A stretch of 22,505 bases of DNA. Origin: an uncultured virus (IMG/VR IMGVR_UViG_3300031227_000026) (taxonomy: Duplodnaviria > Heunggongvirae > Uroviricota > Caudoviricetes). The DNA is taken from IMG/VR virus record IMGVR_UViG_3300031227_000026; one strand, given 5' to 3'. The notes beneath the pieces are model-generated. The model was not told the DNA's origin. It ran no database searches and saw nothing but the letters and a program-made list of their open reading frames with translations. Made by a program: the position numbers and the translations under genes. This document shows, one piece after another, positions 16,126 to 22,505 of this stretch (positions are counted from its first letter, which is position 1; each line of letters opens with the position of its first letter).

Positions 16126-16352
16126 TGCCTACACCCCAATCTAGTAGTAGGTTTGCCTGTTTTTTTACACTTCCAACGAACTGTATTCCCATTACAGCAA
16201 GAAGTCTTTTTCACTATTACTTCCCGATATTCACAAGATTTTAAAATCCGTACACAAATATATTGGTCATTTATTTCTTTTTCATACCCTTCCGGGCATT
16301 GTGGGGGTATGCCACGTTTCGGAAAAAGTATATATTCACCTTGCTTTCTCAT
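16110..16352 (-). CDS. Small cysteine-rich hypothetical protein (80 aa, 8 Cys)
   Basis: GAGGA RBS 5 nt before ATG 16352 (ORF track starts at TTG 16364); overlaps the downstream GT start. Confidence 0.65.
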   Translation of the reverse strand: MRKQGEYILFPKRGIPPQCPEGYEKEINDQYICVRILKSCEYREVIVKKTSCCNGNTVRWKCKKTGKPTTRLGCRQCKLV

Positions 16353-16360
16353 ATTATTCC

Positions 16361-17854
16361 TCAAACATTTGCCATTAAGATTCCAGCAGTACCATATTCC
16401 ATGGCTACAGTACCAACAGCTACAGCAATTACTGAAACAAGATCGCCCCGTAAAGCCTCTCCATGATATTTGTTTACACCCCAGTTTGCCTCACTGGATA
16501 AGATAACAGGTAATTCTAACCAAGTGTGAACACCCCCAGATTGAAATAATCTCGGTTGGCTGTATAATCCAGCATCTAAGTCTACTTCAGTCCACTCATC
16601 GCTCTCAAAACCTGTGCCGCCGATACCAGATGTTCCCATTATCCCACTAGTCTTTTTTGCTAAGTGAGCGCATGTCCAATGCGGGTCGTGAAGAGGGTCA
16701 AAATTCGAATAACTTCCATGAGTAAGATACCAGTCACTATCTACCGCTGTCTTAAAAATAATACCGCCATCCCCAGCCTCATAATGTGGCACATCGTTGG
16801 AATCATCTGTTCGTGGGATTACAACCGACTCGCCAGGCAGAATCTTAGACATATAAGTCTCCCAGTGGTCGCTGTCTCCGAGATAACTTGTTTGACCAAC
16901 TACCTCTGGGTCAAAATGATTTGCAATTATTACTTGAGTAGCAGATATAAATGACTCAATCTTTTCCGATGCGTCGGCATATGGGGGATATGGTATTCGT
17001 ATAGCATGTCCAACATCCTCTAGAAGAAAAGGCGTACCAATATCTGTCGTTAATGTTGTTACACCTGTCTCAATATTCCAAGTACTACTAACTACCATGC
17101 TTGCTACTCTTGGCATACCTTCCTTAGGCACCATGAATGCTGCCGATGACCCAGATGTTGGGCCAACCATAGCAAATGGGTAACAACCATTCGGAAGAGT
17201 TCCATCGGGGAAGTAGGGTTCAATACAGGATGTATCAGTTTCACCCTGTCTAGGACAAGGTAAATATGATGGAATCAACATCGGTAAAATTACTAATTGC
17301 GTTGACCCCTCAGCAGCAGCTATTGTATTATCTAGCCAAGCGCCGACATATCCTGAACATCTTCCAGTTACACTTTGCATGAAGAAATGAGAATTAATAC
17401 TATTTACAACTTCCCTACGCATTTGTTCAACGTCTGTCGCCGCCATACCGGCAAAAATATCTTTATAAAAAGAGCAACCTGAACCAGCATTTTGGTCAAT
17501 ACCGCCAACTAATGGGCTATTTTGAGGGTGTAAAATTGCTTTATCTTCATATTTCCCAATACAAATAAAACCTGTATTTTCTTTTATAAGTTCCAAAGAA
17601 TCCTCAACTGTTCCAAAAGTATTTCCAATTTCAAATAGACCTTCAACCGGCAAGATTAATGTTTCTAAAGCTGCTGGAATCCCAACGTCGATTCCTGAAA
17701 TCGGTATAACCCTATTATATGTTACAATTAATTGCCCTAAATCTTGAGAATCTATAGTAGGAAGAATAACATAACAATTTCCTTCTACCCACTTTTCAAT
17801 CTCAACTACCGAGCGACCAGGAAGTTCTGCACCAGTATTGTTTATTATTTGCAT
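16361..17854 (-). CDS. Hypothetical protein, putative tail/virion component (497 aa)
   Basis: Long ORF directly downstream of the large tail-like gene. Gly/Thr/Ser-rich and acidic, with no enzymatic motif. Function inferred from position only. Confidence 0.55.
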   Translation of the reverse strand: MQIINNTGAELPGRSVVEIEKWVEGNCYVILPTIDSQDLGQLIVTYNRVIPISGIDVGIPAALETLILPVEGLFEIGNTFGTVEDSLELIKENTGFICIGKYEDKAILHPQNSPLVGGIDQNAGSGCSFYKDIFAGMAATDVEQMRREVVNSINSHFFMQSVTGRCSGYVGAWLDNTIAAAEGSTQLVILPMLIPSYLPCPRQGETDTSCIEPYFPDGTLPNGCYPFAMVGPTSGSSAAFMVPKEGMPRVASMVVSSTWNIETGVTTLTTDIGTPFLLEDVGHAIRIPYPPYADASEKIESFISATQVIIANHFDPEVVGQTSYLGDSDHWETYMSKILPGESVVIPRTDDSNDVPHYEAGDGGIIFKTAVDSDWYLTHGSYSNFDPLHDPHWTCAHLAKKTSGIMGTSGIGGTGFESDEWTEVDLDAGLYSQPRLFQSGGVHTWLELPVILSSEANWGVNKYHGEALRGDLVSVIAVAVGTVAMEYGTAGILMANV

Positions 17855-17864
17855 ATTTTAATCC

Positions 17865-20498
17865 CTAATCAAGACTATTAAGTTGGCGTAAAATATACGG
17901 GTTATTCTTGAATGTTGACTGTAAGTCTTCAAGAGGTGTTCCCGTCTGTATGCGTCTAGCAAGTTCATACCGTATAGCTTCTCTTGCTAATGGACTAACT
18001 TCTGCTGCAATACTAATCCAAAATTGTTCATCAATCCATTTTTTATCTTCATAAACTTCTATAATTTTTCCAGCAGCTGCAGTATCGTATTTATCTTTAT
18101 ATTTATCCGACCAATCATATGGTGTCTCATCATCAGGTTCAACCCTAGCATTTTCATGTATCGCTATAACTTCTACCCCATTCAAACTATACCATACAGT
18201 TTGCCCATAATCGGGATCCCCAAGCCAAAAGTCATCATCACGTACTGGCTCACCGCTCATTGAAGACTCACCAGACTTTGAAGCTAATGTAAAGTGCATA
18301 TTGATTGATGGTTTTTCTAAAGCTAAAGATATATCATTAATTTCACCAACAATAGCTAATGTGCTTAATTGAGAGGTAGTTATTCTAGCCCTATCAAAAA
18401 TTTCCAATTGAATATTATTAAAGAAAGTATTTAAAGTGGCCGTTCTCCAAATATTTGCAAGTCTATATCCCCAAAAAAGAGCTGTCTTCTTTACTTCTCT
18501 TTCAGTATTATAAATATAGATATTAAAATCTTTTTCAATAGTTCCAAATATCTCAGTATTAGCTGAATAAGTATAAGTTTGTTCTATAGTATCAGAGTCT
18601 TTTTCGTCTTTTTCGTCTTTTTTAGTAGAAATTTTTACTGTTGAAGTCCATTTCCAATTAGATACAGTTACAATACGATCGATACTTGTAAAAGAGAGTG
18701 CTAATGTCTTTAAAGCTATTTCAGACTCTGGAATCGTCCAAGTACCAAGCCCTGGAGATTTTGATAAATATACTGATGAAACTTCATTATTATCTAGAAC
18801 AAAAGCACATCTAGACTGAAATGAAATATCTCTGCAAAATTCCAATACATTCTTTTTATCAGCCACAACAAAATTAGCTGGATAAGGGGCTACTGCTCTA
18901 TACGTAGTCCCGGTTACTGAATGATTTGTAGAATTATTGATCGTAAAATCAGTATAAGTCTCAATAAGCCAATTTATTATCTCAACACTATTTGGACCTA
19001 CCGTAGATGTCAAAGAAACATATATTTCTTTTTCCCAATCTTCATCAGCTCTTGCCATTAGTGGGGTATTAAATTCTATGCCTGTTGAATTTTGCCCTTC
19101 GATATATTCTTCGTTAAGTTTTACTGTATAATATCTACTAGGAATATACTCAAGATCCCCATCTTTCTCTCGCCTACCCCTAACCGCCATAATCTTCGAT
19201 GACGGAATTAAATTAGATATATAGATATCTGGAATATCTAAATGTATCTCAGCCCCTGTTTTTATTCTCATAGGAACTGCCTTATTTAGTTTGTGTGTAG
19301 CATATAGATACCTATATTGATTCTCAGGATATCCCTCTAATGAAAATTCCCAACCTGCTATCTTATTTTCATCTTGGAAATATAAATACATATCTGCTTC
19401 CCAATCTTCTGAACACCACCCCCGGACTTCAAGGACTGTAAATGTTGCATTAGGAAGTATTATTATATTATTATCCCCAGCGTCTTCATGCAGGACTCCA
19501 CGAGCTTTTGCCCATGGCCTTACAAATGTAGCCTCATTTCCAATCTGAGATCTACAATAATTCATATATTTATTTCCATCAGCATCTTGAATATACACGA
19601 ATTTCTTTTCGACATTCTGTAAAACCTCTTCAACTTCCGGTAGAAACATTTTAAATGGGTCTTTATCGCCTGCCCTATCGGCTGGATGATATGTCGTAGC
19701 ATTAAATTTGGCATTAGGTTCTGTAACATTAAAAGTAGAAGTAGGCATATTAAACATGCCAACATACCGTATCCCTTGAATTATTATACTAATAGACTCA
19801 GGCTTCAGTAGCGTTTGCCAAAGATCTTCATTCCTAATATCGAAAGGTATTCTTGCCGCTTGACTTGTTATATAGTTATAAGTTTTGGTACCAATTTCTC
19901 GACTTATTAATTTTCCTATATGGCTATCTTGAATTTGAAGAGCTTTGCTTTTATATACATTTCCAAAACAAATAGGCCATGCTTTTCCAATACATGTTGG
20001 TTCAATGTATATATCTTCACTATCCTGCATACTTTTAAAGAAAAAACCAATAACAGCATCTGAAACTATTGACTCAATACTAAATGTTAAAAGTCTATCG
20101 CCTTCTACCCATGAAGCATTACCTAGTATCTTTCCTGACAATAAAACAATAGCGTCCCCTGCTGGATATGGGGATGCAGTTGTCCCTGCAAAATACATAT
20201 AGACAGTTGCTTTAGTATTTTCTAAAATATTTCTATTAAATTTTGATTTTAACAATCCCCCATCGTCGTTTATGGTAACATCACAAGTAGAGAATCCACC
20301 AACAAAGTCAGATTGAGTATTATATGATACATTCGACAAAGACTGTAACTGTGGTACACATTCACAACTATTAAAAGTTAATGGTTTTGTAGCATAGTAT
20401 TTTGTACCAGTGCCCCACTGAACACGTAATACAACAATAGGTTCAGTACCTAATCGAGTATTTGCTTTCCCAGATGTCGGAATAGAAATATTTCTCAT
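17865..20498 (-). CDS. Putative tail tip/baseplate hub-like protein (877 aa)
   Basis: Size and architecture (WPICFGNV; NSVEIINWLIETY; VLEFCRDISFQSRCAFVLDNNEV) resemble phage central tail proteins. AAGGTGA RBS; lies in the structural arm. Confidence 0.6.
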   Translation of the reverse strand: MRNISIPTSGKANTRLGTEPIVVLRVQWGTGTKYYATKPLTFNSCECVPQLQSLSNVSYNTQSDFVGGFSTCDVTINDDGGLLKSKFNRNILENTKATVYMYFAGTTASPYPAGDAIVLLSGKILGNASWVEGDRLLTFSIESIVSDAVIGFFFKSMQDSEDIYIEPTCIGKAWPICFGNVYKSKALQIQDSHIGKLISREIGTKTYNYITSQAARIPFDIRNEDLWQTLLKPESISIIIQGIRYVGMFNMPTSTFNVTEPNAKFNATTYHPADRAGDKDPFKMFLPEVEEVLQNVEKKFVYIQDADGNKYMNYCRSQIGNEATFVRPWAKARGVLHEDAGDNNIIILPNATFTVLEVRGWCSEDWEADMYLYFQDENKIAGWEFSLEGYPENQYRYLYATHKLNKAVPMRIKTGAEIHLDIPDIYISNLIPSSKIMAVRGRREKDGDLEYIPSRYYTVKLNEEYIEGQNSTGIEFNTPLMARADEDWEKEIYVSLTSTVGPNSVEIINWLIETYTDFTINNSTNHSVTGTTYRAVAPYPANFVVADKKNVLEFCRDISFQSRCAFVLDNNEVSSVYLSKSPGLGTWTIPESEIALKTLALSFTSIDRIVTVSNWKWTSTVKISTKKDEKDEKDSDTIEQTYTYSANTEIFGTIEKDFNIYIYNTEREVKKTALFWGYRLANIWRTATLNTFFNNIQLEIFDRARITTSQLSTLAIVGEINDISLALEKPSINMHFTLASKSGESSMSGEPVRDDDFWLGDPDYGQTVWYSLNGVEVIAIHENARVEPDDETPYDWSDKYKDKYDTAAAGKIIEVYEDKKWIDEQFWISIAAEVSPLAREAIRYELARRIQTGTPLEDLQSTFKNNPYILRQLNSLD
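18597..18623. repeat. In-frame 9-bp tandem repeat (GTCTTTTTC, about 3 copies) encoding KKDEKDEKD
   Basis: GTCTTTTTC GTCTTTTTC GTCTTTTTT read directly from the sequence. Confidence 0.7.
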
Positions 20499-20517
20499 TG
20501 ATTCTTCACCTTATTTT

Positions 20518-20540
20518 GGGAGCGGTATTTAGCCGCTCCC
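20518..20540. other. GC-rich hairpin in the intergenic gap upstream of the large tail gene
   Basis: GGGAGCGG-TATTTAG-CCGCTCCC. No U tract follows on the coding (minus) strand, so it is not a canonical terminator for this operon. Confidence 0.6.
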
Positions 20541-20556
20541 TACTTCAAGAATTAAG

Positions 20557-20757
20557 TTACTCATATGCTTCCTCTGCGGCTTCGCAGTTCGCGATTGCCG
20601 TTTCGCAGGATGCATGCCAGCATGTTCCTAATATGGCATTATCTATATACCACTGAAGTGTTTCAAGCAACTCAAACTTTTGCACACCGGACGGATGTTT
20701 CACCAGTCGTCCATTCGTATAGTAGTCTATCTCGATATGTTCTCTGACATTTGCCAT
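20557..20757 (-). CDS. Hypothetical protein (66 aa)
   Basis: TAATG coupling with the DUF1566 gene; GAGGAGG RBS. Confidence 0.7.
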   Translation of the reverse strand: MANVREHIEIDYYTNGRLVKHPSGVQKFELLETLQWYIDNAILGTCWHASCETAIANCEAAEEAYE

Positions 20758-21503
20758 TACAATGACCCTCCTCTAACTGGGCGTAAATATATATCAGCAA
20801 ATTTGGGCACTAACGTGCTCATGAATCCAGCCGTAAATACAACGCCATCTGCATTAGTTGTACGAGAAGCATTTGTTGTGGATGTCCAATAGGTGCTGAT
20901 GGCAGGGGTGTTTGGAAACACAGTCAAGTCTATTGTAGCACCAGGTGCTGCCACACTAGAATCAAACAAGAGCGACAGTTCGTTCCTGTTTGGAAGTCGC
21001 CAGTCATCATCGCCCGCGTATTCCAGTGCAAGGCAAGCGTCAATCGCATCATCCCAAGTCATCGTTGACGGCGTCGTAAGGTTTGCCGCACTTGCTGTCC
21101 AAATGGTTTCACGCCAGTAGGTCGAGTGTGCCGCAATGTCGGTAGCGAAGTTGACTGCGCCGCTTGTATGCGAGACGGCACAAACATAATACTTCTCACC
21201 CACGGCCTCATAAACAAGGTCAGCTAACGTATACGCTGTTTCAGTCGCCCAGTTTCCACGAGCAACCTGAATCTGGCTCGTCGCGTGAATGCCAGTAGCT
21301 CCAGGAATAATTAATTCTGGTTGTTTCACCCATTCCAGTGGATGTGTTGAATATGAAGATAGGTCAACAATCGTGCCATGCCCCGTATCAATATACCTTG
21401 TGCCAACATAACCAGCTTCCACATCTCCGTCATCACCTTCTCGATAACTCGTAGTCTGACCGGTCTTAGGCACTGTCGTATCTCGCGGTTTTACATTACT
21501 CAT
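20757..21503 (-). CDS. DUF1566 (Lcl C-terminal, C-type-lectin-like) protein with inserted CBM5/12-like module; putative receptor-binding protein
   Basis: PKTGQTTSY..GDDG, RYIDTGHGTIVD, LEW, TWDDAIDAC, DDWRLPNRNEL, YWTSTT and LRPVRGG motifs. Insert reads GNWATETAYTLADLVY...YYVCAVSHTS...YW. Confidence 0.85.
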   Translation of the reverse strand: MSNVKPRDTTVPKTGQTTSYREGDDGDVEAGYVGTRYIDTGHGTIVDLSSYSTHPLEWVKQPELIIPGATGIHATSQIQVARGNWATETAYTLADLVYEAVGEKYYVCAVSHTSGAVNFATDIAAHSTYWRETIWTASAANLTTPSTMTWDDAIDACLALEYAGDDDWRLPNRNELSLLFDSSVAAPGATIDLTVFPNTPAISTYWTSTTNASRTTNADGVVFTAGFMSTLVPKFADIYLRPVRGGSL

Positions 21504-21517
21504 TATTTATCCTCGAT

Positions 21518-22063
21518 TTATCCTTCATGCCAACAAAAATCACATGCAAGTGTTAATCCCGCCGCATCACTTACTACAACCGCACAATAAACGGTATCTG
21601 GTTGAAACTCAAAATAATTCTCCCCGCGCACAAGAGCACTGTCCGCCCTTGCCGCCCCAGAGAATCGCTCATAAATGTTTCCACCATCCTCTGTGATTGT
21701 CACATCTGTAGAAGCGCCTATGATTACGGGATCAGCGTTATTTAACATGGTAGTCACATTGTTACTGTTTCGATTACGATTTATGATAGCCACGGGAGTG
21801 CCAGTATCTGATGTAACTGTTGGTGCCTCGCGGATAAAGGCATATGCTGCACCTGATGATGCCCATGAAAATATCACATGAGCACGAACGTCACTGGCTG
21901 GTGTCTTCATATACAGATTTATGGTAGCACCCTTGCCTTTGTCAATGTCACTATGATACACACTGAAAAGTTTGCCTTCATGTACCTCATGATGTTCAGT
22001 GCTGAGAACAACTAATTGACCAGTAATCATGTCTATCTTTGGATTTGAGCTAATGCCAGACAT
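21518..22063 (-). CDS. Hypothetical protein, putative virion structural protein (181 aa)
   Basis: AAGGAG RBS, beta-rich composition, HHEVHEG motif; lies in the structural arm. Confidence 0.6.
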   Translation of the reverse strand: MSGISSNPKIDMITGQLVVLSTEHHEVHEGKLFSVYHSDIDKGKGATINLYMKTPASDVRAHVIFSWASSGAAYAFIREAPTVTSDTGTPVAIINRNRNSNNVTTMLNNADPVIIGASTDVTITEDGGNIYERFSGAARADSALVRGENYFEFQPDTVYCAVVVSDAAGLTLACDFCWHEG

Positions 22064-22073
22064 GTTTTACTCC

Positions 22074-22505
22074 TTACCAAATCATAATACGAAGATTTGT
22101 ATAGTTTTCACCAGCACTGGTGTTCTTTGCTTGAACAACGGGCGATGAACCAGTTTTTAAGCCATCCATTGTCACGGTAGTCCCGCCTTCTATATCTATG
22201 TGGTCGCCCGTGCCACCATTAAGAGATATAATGGCATCATGCCCTGAACCTAATATAGCAATGATGTGGTGATACTCACGAGCCTCACCTGTCACCACTG
22301 TAGCATACGCATCTGCTCCCGTAGCATCAGTATCCCTAGCAGGCAGACCACTTTCTGCTGCGGCTGCAATTGCAGCAAGGTTCCCACCTCCCTCTAATGC
22401 GAATCCTGTTATTGCAGCGGGAGGCGTGAGCGTAGTTTCTTGCGCAGCTGTAAGCACCACTGGAGTTGAAGCAGCTTCCAAAGCTTGACCTAATGCGGGA
22501 ATATT
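22074..22505 (-). CDS. Putative tail-fibre/virion protein, 5' end outside the window
   Basis: The frame is open from the window edge (NIPALGQALEAASTPVVLTAAQ...TPPAAITGFA), so TTG 22481 is probably not the true start. Ala/Thr/Gly-rich. Confidence 0.6.
   Translation of the reverse strand, partial: NIPALGQALEAASTPVVLTAAQETTLTPPAAITGFALEGGGNLAAIAAAAESGLPARDTDATGADAYATVVTGEAREYHHIIAILGSGHDAIISLNGGTGDHIDIEGGTTVTMDGLKTGSSPVVQAKNTSAGENYTNLRIMIW

Noticed and set aside
14389..16364. Two ORF-track proteins both starting MRNNM
   Set aside because: Both come from upstream TTG starts that are probably not the true starts (14361 and 16352 preferred); coincidence.
18597..18623. 9-bp repeat as a phase-variation tract
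   Set aside because: The unit is a multiple of 3 and has only about 3 copies, so slippage would just change a charged loop.
7107..21881. Other nested or antisense ORFs in the track (e.g. 10879-11268, 13529-13882, 16120-16506, 20565-21881)
   Set aside because: They overlap better-supported genes in coupled operons and have no recognisable motifs.
1..22505. tRNA/rRNA genes, introns/inteins, stop-codon recoding
   Set aside because: Intergenic gaps other than 1065-1558 are too short and no cloverleaf was seen. No intein motifs were noticed in the helicase, and genes are intact in the standard code with TAA, TAG and TGA all used as stops.

Overview
This 22.5 kb window looks like part of an uncharacterised bacteriophage or phage-plasmid genome: genes are dense and translationally coupled, and no host housekeeping genes, RNA genes, integrase or CRISPR array are seen. 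At the left, a parB-like gene (minus strand) and an 898-aa primase-polymerase/SF3 helicase gene (plus strand) diverge from a symmetric 494-bp intergenic region. That region holds a 40-bp inverted repeat (38/40 identical) that reads as two copies of one sigma70-like promoter, repeated TGATTTGATTT boxes, an AT-rich/poly-T core and a structured parB leader; it is a candidate replication origin and partition/control locus. The plus-strand arm (1559-13451) encodes a beta-class DNA methyltransferase, two tandem Dam-like methyltransferases, an Rnl2-type RNA ligase, a dATP/dGTP diphosphohydrolase-domain protein, a glutaredoxin-like protein, a DEDDh exonuclease, a metallophosphoesterase and a two-domain glycosyltransferase. 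The minus-strand arm (22505-13408) encodes putative virion/tail proteins, including a DUF1566 protein with an inserted CBM-like module, then a Cys-rich protein and three GT-B glycosyltransferases. Most notable are the symmetric ParB/primase control region, the five-domain glycosylation locus where the two arms meet, and a short Leu-rich terminal peptide shared by unrelated proteins. All family calls come from motif recognition by eye; no searches were run.
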